This document shows, in pieces, positions 1-12,590 of a stretch of 64,000 bases of DNA. The notes beneath the pieces were generated by a model. The model was not told where the DNA came from and made no database searches. It saw only the letters and a program-made list of their open reading frames with translations. How positions within the stretch are numbered: position 1 is the stretch's first letter; the number at the start of each line of letters is the position of its first letter. Where the stretch lies: contig NC_045138.2 of assembly GCF_008831285.2 (NCBI RefSeq), positions 20,708,001 to 20,772,000 of the forward strand, read 5' to 3'. Made by a program: the position numbers and the translations under genes. Origin of the DNA: Nymphaea colorata (lineage: Eukaryota).

Positions 1-435
1 ATTTCTTTATATAAAAAACTCTTACCAGATAATTTATAACAGAATAACATCATATTCAATGATAGATTCAAAAAATTATTTCTTTTCAGATCAATGCTCA
101 TTATTGTTTTTTATGGAGCTGGAGCATACAAAATAAATTAATATAATCTAATGAGCCCATAATATATCAATTATGAAAACAGAAGGGACATAAATCTGCA
201 ATATATTTCACCACAATTTCAACAGGCCTTTTATCATGATATCGTGGTAATGTCTTCCGTGCCAGTGGTGATTCAACCATTAGACACAGTGACGACTTTC
301 TAGGTGCTAATTCTTCATCTACGATTCTACAAACTTTGGAATTACCTGGTCAACATTATTTAATGGCACAACAATATGTTTATGTAGCTAAGACAGTGGA
401 GAAGGAGATGCTACTTCAGGAAGTTGCTCAAAACT

Positions 436-1265
436 CAAAAAGGATACAGACGGCTTACTAGATGCAACCTATGTCACACGGCACGGTACCGGTATGGGTA
501 CGTTCGTGGGTATGGCGGGAGTGCGGCGTTGACCGCACCGGGTGCGGTCAACGCACCCACAGGCATTTTCGACCGTTTTAAGACTCGGTCAAAGTTGATC
601 GAGTCTATAGTTGTCTGATTTTAATTAAAACGTTTTTGCGATTTTAACTTTTAAAGGATGAATTTAACGTTAAATTGCTCGAACCCTACCTTTTTCGTTC
701 CATTTCTGTCGTTCCACTTCCATCTTCACCCGACGAACGGCAGGCAACGGCAAAGGCAAGCGGCGTCCGACGACGGTATTAGCTTTTTTTTCATCGTTTT
801 CTCCATTTCTGAAACACGGTGGTTGTGCGTGGTCGACAGACGATGCTTTTCTTGCCTGAGCCTTCCATCGTCGCCGTTTTTCTGAATCCTATGTTCTGTT
901 CCTCGCCTGCAATGCTTTTCCCTCTTTTTTTGTTCGTTTTATTTTTCCAGAATCATCTTTTCTGTTAGGCCCCTGCAGCCGGTTCCCTCTTTGAAGCATC
1001 TGTATATTATGTTGTTCGTTTTATGTTGTTCTTGTCTGAAATGTTGATTTCACTCTCTTTTTCGAGTGGGTTCTTCTGTTTGTCGCCTGAAGTCGGTTCC
1101 CTCTTTGAAGCATCTGTATATTATGTTGTTTACAATCAACTTTTTTGTTTGTTTATGTCGTTCGTTTCTAAAATGTGTTCATTTGGATCATGATTTATGA
1201 ATATAATATTTTGTTTGTAATTTTTTGACATATATATGTGTCAATATGTTATTCTGTTTGAATTT

Positions 1266-1296
<31 letters not shown>

Positions 1297-1560
1297 TCTG
1301 TTTGAATTATATATATATATAATGCCGCGTGTGTGTACGGCCGTACCCCCGCACCCAAATTTTTTGAAAATGGTCCGTACCCGTACTCGCACCGATACCC
1401 GTACCGGCACCCGTACCCGTACCTATGTGACATAGGATGCAACTTGAAATCCCTCAATCCACTATGAATTATACATTCACATAAAAAGCACCTCAATGTG
1501 TTCTGACTGATCATGACTTTACAATGCAACCATGCAAGGTCATTTCCATGTTGTTCCTTT
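436..1560 (-). pseudogene. hAT transposase BED zinc-finger relic split by the 469-1435 MITE
   Basis: Removing the MITE and one TSD joins NDLAWLHCKVMISQNTLRCFLCECIIHSGLRDFKLH to LVSRLYPF*, matching the W..CxxC..HL pattern of plant hAT BED fingers. Confidence 0.5.
469..1435. mobile_element. Non-autonomous hAT-like element/MITE with CTATGTCACA TIRs
   Basis: TIRs CTATGTCACA / TGTGACATAG; exact 8-bp TSD GATGCAAC (461-468, 1436-1443); subterminal GGGTAC/GTACCC repeats. Confidence 0.9.
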
Positions 1561-2656
1561 ATAATATCTGACATTAAAAATACATTAGCAACTGGCAATA
1601 TAACACATAACTTGTTAAAGAAATCAATATGAAATTATTCAACTTACTGAAAAAAAATATTATAGGAAGTTATAGATAGAAAACAAAAACATTGATATTG
1701 AAAATATCATATAAATGAAGTTTCTAAGGTTAATCAAATGATCTAAATAACCTATTACAAATTTATCAAAATAAAAGATAATAAAGCCCATTCATGTGAA
1801 AATAAGAAGATGCAAGTCCATCATCATCTAAATAGAGAGGTACAACATATTCTTCATTGGTTTCTGGAAAATTGACTTTTTTTTTTTCAGTTCACCGATT
1901 TCCCTCTTTCTCTTTGGTTCTTTAGTTTGTCCATCTTCTTCCATGAACAAATACTTGGGTGGCTGGGCCTACTGTGCCTTTAGGAGTTTCACTTGCATTA
2001 TGAGCATCATCCTTCCAAAGAGAAAAATCATACTTTCTTCATCACTTGGCCAATGGCCATTCATCACGTTCTTCAACTCTCTTAATATATTGAGATCAAT
2101 GACCTTTTCTCTTCATACTTTTTTTCTCCATCCTTGGCTGTATGATACAAAGACTCCACTACTTATATTGAAACTTATTTTTTATTATATGGAGTTGCAT
2201 AGAGTCAATTAACATATAAATTATAAAGCAATTAAATAATTAATTTTGATTTTAAATTAATGAATTATGGACAAAAAAGGAGACTGAATTTTTACCATCT
2301 CAAAAGTGCTTCAATTTTATCCACAACTAAAAATGCACTCCATGTGAGGCCTAACACTTGAATTGCAAAGTTTGGGGACTACATACAACCAAAACCGAGC
2401 ATAATCCACCAATATGGCTATCAAAATGAAAAAGAATCATATTGGTTCTATAGATGTACAAAAACATGGCCGCATGAGCATTGGGTTCAGATATTGAAAT
2501 GAGACTAAATTAAACAAAACTAGCAATTGTGAACAGAAATTTGAAAATGACATATGCTCTGAACCTATCTACACCCAGAAAATATATACATGTCCCAACT
2601 TCACATATATGAATTAGAAACAAAAGAAACAAATCTTATAAAATAAAGTTCCATAC

Positions 2657-5600
2657 CCTTGAATGAGTTTAGTAAGTTCAGATTGCAACTGATTATCCCT
2701 TAACTTGTGAACCTTATTTGACATGGCATCAATGGATCTAATAGTAATGTTAATCTTTGTGAGTTCCTTCTTTATTGATGATTGAGTAGCTTGAAGTTTT
2801 TCAGGTTCTGCACCTTTCCTGTTCAAGTCCTTCAGTCGCTTGAATTTCTTTTCATAACCCAGTCTGATCTTCTCTTCTTCCTATAACAGCGGAATTCATG
2901 AGGACTATGCATAGGCAATCACAAACTTCATTTGTTTAATAGGAAATGATCTTGTTTACACAAAAACTAGATAATAAATTAAGAACACTTCTTAAATGAC
3001 TTAGGATTTAAAATAAAGAAAACATCTGCATGAGAATAGGAGTGCATACCTTAACTTCCACAAATAGTTTGCTTTCCCATGTGTATATCTTTTCTAGAAT
3101 TGTCGAAAGCCCATCAACCTTTATTTCCAAGTCCCCACTTGGGTCTTCACTGGTGGATGGCTGCATTCTTGAAGCAGTACTAGAGGAGAACAATGGCATC
3201 TTGGCTGACGAAGTGAACAAATCAATAATTAAAACTAAAGTCATTGTTTGGGAGAAAGGGCTGCATAAAATTTGGTAAGTTCAGAATTGCAAAACACAGT
3301 TCAAAGAGAATCCCTTAATCTCTTATTACATGGCAGGAGGGCACACAGTTTGTGTGTGTGTGTGTGTGCCCACGAGTGTAAATGATCCCGTTACAACTGA
3401 GAGTACATTTGCGTCGGCCCTTGACCAAAGCATAGCAGTCCAGGGCTTCTGTTTGATTCGTAGTCACAAATATTCGTTTTGTGTTCTAAATGACGAGATT
3501 TCCTCATGTATAATATGGCACACTTGAAAAAAAAGAAAAAAGAAAAAAGAGGAGAATATGTAATTTAAAAAAATAAAAGATTCTTAAAAATTAGGAAAAA
3601 TGAAAGACATGAGAAACTAATAAGACAACATCAAAAAATAAGTAGATATAGTAGATAAAAATTAGAAAATGGAAACAAGTAGTTTGACATTAAAAAAAAG
3701 TGGGAAAAAAAAACCTAAAATGAAAAAACACGTTTTCAGAGAACACTTTTTTGGCCGACTAATTTTCACATTTTAACATGTTTATTTCAGAAAAGACACG
3801 TATTTTGTGACTGTAGTTTGATCTGATTCCAATACACGTGTATGTGTTTTTCATAATCATTTTACTTGAAATTCATTGGATCAAATTGATTATAATTTAT
3901 GTGAAAAAATTTTGGAACTCTTTTCACCAACTTCTAGTGCAATCCTAGCGATTGGAATTCTCTCCCTAAAAATAAAATTTCCTGGGGACAGAATTGCAAT
4001 TTTATTTCACCAACTGCTTAATGTGATCCATTTCTCCACTAAGGACTCCGGCATAGGTCAGCCAAAAAAAAACTACACCTTTGTATTCTATATAAATTCT
4101 CATGAGAAAAATTTTTGTATTCAAATAATTGGACTCAAGGATTTTATTAAATAGCAACTATAAATTCATCTACAAGCATAGATTAAGCAAATACACCTAC
4201 AAGTTCGACTTTTGGATTGGTGACAAGCAGTTTTTATTTATTTCTAGGACTGCAAGCATGCATGCGTACAAAATCAAGCAGGGAAGCGGATAGGATATGG
4301 TCGAGACAAACATCTGCTTTGACAACAATAAGAAAAGCACAAAGAGAAGAAAGGAAAAGCCAGATAATAACGCGTGAAAAATTACTCTCAAACAAGGCTA
4401 GAAACAGACTGTGACATTCATAGTCACCATCTCTCTCATTCTTGGTTCTCAAACACAATACCTCCTTTTGAGGATAGGGACCAACAAACAGAGAAACAGA
4501 AAACAGGATTCCATCGTGACTCCCTAAAGAGAAACAGAATGTTAATCAAACCAAGCTAATGTTGAAGACATAAGCAACTAGAATTTGTGCATATTACCTT
4601 TGATCAACGTAGTTCTTGGACGATAAGGAAGCTTTCCCACCTCAAGCGTTTTCGAAATCTCTAAACATGATTCAGAAGCCCTTCCAAAGTCTCCATTAAT
4701 TTCTTTAACAACATCTGATATGTCTCTCGTTCCTTGAGTTACTACGGCCACCAAATCATCTGTCTTTGAGGTGGATTCGGCGTCCTCTGCTGAAGTGACC
4801 TCCCCACCAAAGCTCACTCCCTTTTTATGATGTGCGGACAAGGTGGTGCTTCTCGAGCCGCTCGCTTCCGATGATGGGCCTTTATTACTCTTTTCCGGTG
4901 ACACACTATGAATATGATCATCACTGTCGTCGTCATCGTCTTCGTCATCTTCATCGATCATTATGTGCCCACTGGAGGATGCATTATCACCGCTCAGACC
5001 CTTACTTCCATCCACTCCCGACTTTTGTCCTTTCTTTGCTTCATTTCCATCATCAATCTGCGATTCGTCTTCCAAGTCCGGGATCCCCTCCTTCAGCCGG
5101 ATCTCTGCTGAATCAGGGCTGCTAATGCTCGAATTACGCTTCCCGTAGTAACTGTACACTTCTTCAACTGGCCCAAACGGGTTGAAGAAATCATCCCAAG
5201 CAAAGCCAGGCTTCGGAGGTGAAGGAGGCGGCGGAGGCGGTCGCGTCGACGGCCCAACTCCCGGCTCCGCGAACCGCCAGTCAGGCTCCCCCCAAGCCAT
5301 TGCCTCCGGGGGCCACCAAGGCATCCGTTCCCCGAATACCATCGTCGGAATTCCCATCGACTTAGTGTGGGTCAACATCGACGGCGAGCTCAAAGCCGAT
5401 GACTCGCGCGCCGGTGAGCTCGGGCCACTGACGCCCCGGGGACTATGCAAAGGTGAGACCGACTCCTCCGAACCGAAACGCAGGTGAGACCCCGAGAGTG
5501 ACCGCTGCGAAACCGAGTGCGAGATTGACGTCGACGACGAGTCGTTCTTGCTCGAGGATCCCTTCTTCGAGTCCTCGGGAAGTGTGAGGACCGGAGACGG

Positions 5601-5795
5601 AAGCGCGACGGGGACAAAGCCCTCACTGACGAACCGGTGGAGCGAGTAACCGACGGTCTTCAGGGAGCCAATGTAGGCGGAATGCGCGTTGGCGAGCGCG
5701 TACCGGCAGTTGACTGCGGAACGAATCAGATCCCTCCGCTCCCTGCACAGAGTCACCAGCTTCGTCTCGTGTGTCTTCGATGGACCGCAGCCCAT
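2657..5795 (-). CDS. DUF630/DUF632 domain protein (NRG2/APSR1-like family), first three coding exons; gene continues beyond the left edge
   Basis: ATG at 5795 gives MGCGPSK..LVTLCRERRDLIRSAVNCRYALANAHSAYIGSLKTVGYSLHRF (DUF630), then PPPPPSPP..WDDFFNPF and DUF632 motifs LSTILEKIYTWESKLFVEVK / EEEKIRLGYEKK..IRSIDAMSNKVHKLRDNQLQSELTKLIQG. Exons with GT-AG sites: 5795-4598, 3204-3050 (acceptor uncertain), 2880-2657. The final exon was not found in 1-2656. Confidence 0.9.
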
Positions 5796-8565
5796 AATCA
5801 AGGAAACCTAATCGGGCATTCTCCCCCACAGGAACCCCAATCCAGATCGCGCATCCTCCCTCCCATCCAAAAATCCCAACAAAAATCTCCAAAAAGTCAC
5901 GATAAATCAAACGGAATTCACAACACGCATTCCGAATAACCAAAACCGACAGCCGGAAGCAACAGAATTCCACCGGAATCTTCCGGACACTACCCCAGCT
6001 CAGCAAAACAACAGGCGAACAAGCAGAAAAGCAAAGAAAAAAAGTCGGAAGCTCGGGCACGTCTCCTGGCATTCACGACCGGAAGGAAGCCGGAGACGAA
6101 GCAGCGGCCGCCGCTTCTTCCACCTTGGCTTCCTTCTCGTTGCCGTCCATGCAGCAGGAAGTCAAATCACGCGCTCACGAAGGGCGTTTCAGGAAACGAG
6201 AAAAAGCCGCCCCCAACTCCCGAACGGAAGAACAAGGACGCGGAAGAAGCGGGATTCGCAATCCGCGGCAGGGCAGCGCCTGACGGTGAGGGAATCCGCC
6301 GCTCTCTCTCGTCCCTTCCTCGCTCCTTCCTCCTCCTCCCTCCCTCCCATTTTCCGACCCCCCCTTTCACGAAGCCAACGCCATCTCGCTCTCCGACTTC
6401 AGGGAAGCCCGCCGGGAAAAGCCACCATGGCGGTTGCTTTGCGGAGACTCAATTACCCTTTTAGCCCTAGGCGCGCAATTTCTGCGCCGGCTCTTCCACA
6501 CAACTACGAAAACGCCACTCCCTTCCGCTTTCCGTAAGAGAGAGAGAGAGAGAGGGCGCGCGGTTTTTGAGAAGTTCGAAACGAACGCTCTCTGCCTCCA
6601 CGACGGCCCATTACTGCAAACGCGGCAGCTTTAAAACTTCCCTGTGACGATTTTACGGGATCGCCCTCTCCATTCTTTCAGTGACGAAAATACCCTGCTG
6701 AGGGTCTCCGTGGCTGTGGGGCCCGCTTGGGATAGTGGATTTGGACATCGTAGATCGTGTTCCCTACTCCCATTCCAGTGACCTGACCATATCAAAGTTC
6801 ATTGTTTATTTATTTATTTTTTTTTATTCAGTCATATAGTTTATGATGCTTTAAAAAAAAAAAAAAAAAAGGGTAAACGATTCGAAGCGCATACTGAATT
6901 TATGTGAATGATGAAATTGAACAGGAAAACGATATTATAAATAGTAGGATGGATGACACTTTATTGGCGGCATTTGACAGTAAAATTATTTTTTAAACCA
7001 ATTTATTTTAAAAAATGAAGTGTCCTAATGTTTAATGTTTTATGAACCTTCTTCATTTTTTAGTAGATTATTGGAATAGTAGCAATGAGTTATTGTTACC
7101 AAACTTCTATGTGAATTTGTTTCAAATATTAGAATTAATTTCATGCAATATTAGTTTCAGTAGGTACGCTAAAACTTGAGACACTCATAGTTGGCAAACT
7201 CGTTTCGGTTCGCCTACAAACTGACTCGCTCCTAACTCAGCCCGACTGCGGTAAAAATACACTTGAATACTCAACCTAATGATCTGATTAGAATCTTACC
7301 AACTATGTGCCAAACAACCTATTGATTAGTCTTCTACCGAACAAGTTTAGGGCAAAAAATGACTACTACTTGTTTTAATGCAGCAATTCCTCTGCACCAT
7401 CATCCGGATCGGACCCGATATTCTTTGAAAATATCGATGCTGTGAATGAGAATTATGAGATGCCATGCACCTTTTTTTTTTTTTTTTTTTTACCAATCCC
7501 TGACGGTTAAGTTAAATACGGAAACGTTGTGGGTAAAGCGGTAAATTTGGAAGGGTGAGAGGGTACGTGTTAAAATCATTCCGGATCGGGTCGGGCCACG
7601 GCGGCTCGGATCTAAAGAAAGCGTGGAAACATTTATGTACGGAATTAAATGCCGTCCGGTTTCGGGCATTGATGATGGCGACACGTGTCCACGGCATTTT
7701 ATAATTATATTATGATCGTAAACGGACATGGTTTTTTCAACGGCTACTGCCGACGTGGATCCGTTTCCTACTAATTTTAGAATTGGCCCCATTGAGTTTG
7801 GTAGCATTTTTTTTTTTTTCAGGTCGTTGGATTTGATCCTCTTAGTTTGGATTGGAAAATCCTCGCTTGATCCGATGGCCTGAGGATTTCTCACACTTTT
7901 TTTGTAATACTTATCTTAGCTTTATAAACATGATCATCTATTAAACAATTCATTCCTCTCTTGTTTTTATTGGGATATTTTTTTTTTGTTTGGTTGGTTC
8001 AAATTGATGTACTTCTATTGTTAAATTTGTTAGTTAGAGCTTGTTTGCTTTCAATAAAATGATATAAAGCATGAAAATTCATTCATTAAGATTCATTTTC
8101 AGCCATTTGGTGTCTGAATAATCCCAAAGTTAAAAAATTACAAGCATTGTTCATTGAAATTAGAAATTAAAAAGTTAAGATGCTTGTCATTATTAGACTA
8201 AAGAAAAAATAAATAATTTTTTTAGTTAGAGGGGTAAATGGGGGTGAATTTGTCAATAATAATGAGGCTTAAAAGATGTGCCAATTGGTCATGTTGCTAT
8301 AGTAAAGTAGTGGAAGGAAGGTCTGACCAACTTACTTGGAAAATGCATAACTATACTTTTAAAATGAAATTTTAAAAGTTCCATTCAAAAATTTTAATCG
8401 CATTTTCAAAATATGCTGCCCATGGATTTAAACCATAAATCAAAAAGTCTTACTTTGAATTCCCCTAGCATCAACCTTCTACCTAATCGGACACACTTTT
8501 GATCTCCAAGGACAAACCCATTGGCCCGTTGGAGAAAGAAACGGGGGCAAGAGTCTTAGTTTCTA

Positions 8566-8928
8566 GTTTTGAATGTCCAAATGAAATGAATTTTGTAAAA
8601 AAACAGGAGATTCAACGATCAAACTCGTTTTGAATGTCCAAATGAAATGAATTTTGTAAAAAAACAGGAGATTCAACGATCAAACTCGTTTTGAATGTCC
8701 AAATGAAATGAATTTTGTAAAAAAACAGGAGATTCAACGATCAAACTCGTTTTGAATGTCCAAATGAAATGAATTTTGTAAAAAAACAGGAGATTCAACG
8801 ATCAAACTCGTTTTGAATGTCCAAATGAAATGAATTTTGTAAAAAAACAGGAGATTCAACGATCAAACTCGTTTTGAATGTCCAAATGAAATGAATTTTG
8901 TAAAAAAACAGGAGATTCAACGATCAAA
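8566..8928. repeat. 61-bp minisatellite, ~6 copies
   Basis: Unit TTTTGAATGTCCAAATGAAATGAATTTTGTAAAAAAACAGGAGATTCAACGATCAAACTCG starting at 8567, 8628, 8689, 8750, 8811, 8872; the copies look identical. Confidence 0.97.
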
Positions 8929-9127
8929 GATGTTTTGAATATTCCAAAGTCAAAAAAGCCTTATTTATAGACCCAAATAAACAAAGAACATGAACATCAC
9001 ATTCATGTTGAAAACTTGGAAAAGAAAAAGAACCAAGCATTTGTCCTTCATATGTGAATGACAATAACATATTGTAGACTTTTGTATGTGATTTTTTAAA
9101 TTTTATATTAAAACTCAATCGTTGAAC

Positions 9128-9510
9128 TGTAACACTCCAAAATTTTAATAAGATTGTGAGGGATCTTCAAGAGCTTATAAATGGATCATTTGATTATCAT
9201 GGTTTCTAGCCTTTTTTCAGATTGAAGTTGTTAGGGGGCAGTTTGGATGTTCCGAACCAAGAGTCTGAGTCTAATAGTGGGTCAGATTATTATAATAGTA
9301 TGAGAGCCGGTTCAACATTGACCTAGGGTCTCACACGCGCAAACGTGTGTACCTTAAGGGAAATGGATTGTAAGACTCAAAAAATTTAGTCTCGTATTGA
9401 TTGTTGTTTTGGTTTCTAACCTATTTGGGGTTAGAGATGAAACCGTTAGGAGACGAGTTTAGATCCGCCGAACTAGGGGTCGGAGCCCAGTAGTGAGTCG
9501 AGTTGTTACA
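9128..9510 (+). mobile_element. TRIM (terminal-repeat retrotransposon in miniature), old copy
   Basis: LTRs 9128-9294 (TGTAAC..TTATA) and 9369-9510 (TGTAAG..TTACA); 74-bp interior with PBS-like TAGTATGAGAGCC (2 mismatches to the tRNA-iMet PBS TGGTATCAGAGCC) and PPT AAGGGAAATGGA; flanks TGAAC/TAAAC (4/5 TSD). Confidence 0.8.
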
Positions 9511-12399
9511 TAAACTGCACTGTAAACCGCCCGAAAATGCTCGTGATATCGTGCCTATGCCATTGTATTGTCTCAAAAAGAAAAATATATTCATATAAAA
9601 AGAAGGCATGGTGTGCACTTTTGTTTAAGTAATTTCCTTTTTTGTGGGGAATCACATTTGAGAAACTTGGTCTTGAATTTCTCTTTGGCTGTAAGAGAAC
9701 GTGCCCACCTTGATATTGGTAAGGGAAGAACCCACCGTCCGAGTCTCAACCACGTGAAGTTTCATCAAAGTTAGTGATCTTCCTGAGTTCTTTTTCGGTA
9801 ATAGAGATAACACTCTCTTGGAAAGGAGAATCGGAAGCTACGTGCTCCTTCAAAACGAGAGTGCTTCCCGTGAATCTTTTAGAATAATAGGAATAATATA
9901 ATATATGTGAGGTTAGGAATATTAGGAATCGATGCGTCATAATAAGGCCAATCATGGCCGGCAAAGATAAGAACCAAAGTATATGAGTTATAAGCAGTTG
10001 GAAATAAGATATTTGCAGCTTGTTCAGCCAAATGACTTTTCTAATGTTTTAATTTGGTATCTATGAGTTCAACTAGGAGTTTGTTAACCATGTCTTGCGT
10101 AAATGAATCTGAGTATAATATTCGGTTCCTGTCAAGTCAAATCGATTAATTAATGTTTTATACATGGCCAAGAAAGAATTAGACAAAACTAGTCATGTCA
10201 ATATATCTTATTTGAATCGGATATTCGTTCCAAAAGAATCATATATGGAAAAAAGTTAATATTTGATTAAAAAACCACATCGGATTCAAATTTAGAAAAT
10301 GACATCCAAACAAATTCATATCGGATATCCATAAATATCGGATCGGATTTGGATTCAGTTTTAAGTCAATTTCTAACTTTAAATAAATATCTTATATTCA
10401 ATGCAGTTCCATTTTGAAAAGTAGCTAGATTCAATTTAAAATTTAGAATCAGATTCAGATCTGACTTTTCTTTGTTCATATTTGAATATGAATTCAAAAC
10501 TTAATACGTGAATATCCAATAAAACAAGTATGACTAAAGGTATATATAATTCAAATCTCTCAGTTGACATCCTCAGACAAAACATGACTTCACATAGATT
10601 TTCAGATGGTTTTTTATTACCTCATAATTAAGTTATTGGGGATTTGAGATCAATGGATATAAGATCAAACTTAAAATCAGGATTAAGGTAAAGATATAGG
10701 TCCGACCTTATGCTCTTAGTATGAAGATAGATGGATGTCTGTATAATCAACAAAAGCATGTCATGCCTTGGATGTAAAATCTAAAGTAATCAAACACTGC
10801 CCAGCGATTATTACTTCTTCATCACTCTTTATGCATGACACAACTATGGTATTTGAATTTATGTAACGACTCATTGCCCAGAAAAGAGGTATGAAACATT
10901 CCAGGTCCTGGGTTGCTTCGGCATCGATGACAACAATGTACTATTCAACTTAGGTATCGCACCTCACCACTTAACACACAGATGCATAGTACCTACAAAA
11001 ATAGAACTGAACACTTTTTTGTTTTAATTCCTAGCCTGACCAGCTACGCAACTTGGACTAAAAAAAATTAAGTACACTTTTAATTATTGGGAAAGGATTT
11101 AGGTCTACTTTACCTTCAAATTGATTAAGAACACGACACGGTAAGTAATATTGTCCTCGGAACTAGCGCGCCCTTGAAAATAGTCAAAAACATATGAGAA
11201 AAAATGATAACTTAGAGTACAATAATTCCATATTTAAAAAGGTCATGTTTAAAGTTTTCTCTGCATTTAAAATGATGAGCGTGTGTGGAAAGTAGTTGGG
11301 GGAGAAGGCTTTCTGCCATTTCATGGTGTCACCTTTTTAGAAGAAGGAATTCCAACTTCCACTCTTTACCATGAATGCATGGTTGAACCGCACATGCCTT
11401 TTTGTCTTTGACCTTTCAAAGAGAAGCAAAATCAAGAAAATATGTCTAAGTGTAGACATGTTTGTTTTCATATAATTAAGTAAAAAAAAATTTAGGGCTT
11501 GTTTGATGGGTGGGAAAAGTTATCTAAGGTGCCATATGTGAATTTCTCTTGGGATTTGGCTTTTTTTCACCACCTTTTAACGTAAAGAATCACTGGCAAA
11601 CATGCTGCCGTGTTTGATGGGAAGGGAGGTTTTGACATCTATTTTTATAACATTTTATGCATATTTACATTTTTTTTAATTTTTAATTTTGCTATTTTTT
11701 ATTTGATTATGCTAATCTATTATAGATTGAAATATTGAGTGTATCTATGTAGTCAAAATAAAAAATATCTTTATTTAAATAATAAATTTTTTAGTGCTAG
11801 GGATATTATTGTAAAATAACATAAATTTTATTTTTTTCTTTCCTTTTTTTTATCCAAACAAGTTTTATAATCTTACATTTCTAAAAACATTTCTAGTGTG
11901 TTTATTTAGGCATCAAACACACTCAAATTAGAAATATAAATTTCTAAAATAAACGCCACTTATTTTATTGACATAATTTTGAAATCAAAAGGACATTTTC
12001 TTGTTGAGAAAGACAAATCGTTCATTTAAAATGTTTAATTGCTTATTCCAATCCCCATTGCATAACATGTGTTCAGTTTCTTATTGTAAGCAGCAACCTG
12101 TTAATCAGAAGATGAGTTCAACTTAATCTCAATTTATAAAATTCACAGTTTTGCTACTTTTAGAGAACAGTAGTATTATTCAAGAATTTGATCAACACAA
12201 TGAGTACTGTCACAATTAAATATTATTTTTCACATAAAAAAATCTCATATTCAGCCACAATCCTGCAAGAATTAGAATGAAGCACCAAGGTTGTCAGCAA
12301 TTATAAACAAAGAAATTATTAGTGGTCTGCAAAATAATAAGTTTACAGACTATTTAAGTATGAAAGGAAACTTGCTTCACAAGTTATTGCAATGTACAC

Positions 12400-12590
12400 G
12401 ACATCATGGCTTGCTTGGAAGCTTCTCTCCTTGGGTTGGACAAAACTTGTGATACAAGGAAGCCCATAATTATAAATGCATGGTAGTCACATTCTTCTAA
12501 ATATTCTTTGTGAGAAGTGGCTTCTAAAGAACACAATGAAGAAGCAAAGTTGGGAGGCATGTTATTAGAATTCTTGAAAAGTGAGTTGAG
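12400..12590 (+). mobile_element. Possible LINE RNase H relic
   Basis: From 12407 WLAWKLLSLGWTKLVIQGS, resembling the W-x-P-P-x-x-G-W-x-K-L-N-x-D-G-S start of plant L1 RNase H; short and degraded. Confidence 0.35.

Noticed and set aside
4832..6634. Multiple ORFs on both strands around DUF632 exon 1
   Set aside because: Antisense or alternate frames of a GC-rich exon and 5' region; no recognisable motifs.
8566..8928. CRISPR-like regular array
   Set aside because: Units are contiguous and identical with no unique spacers; eukaryotic context, no cas genes.
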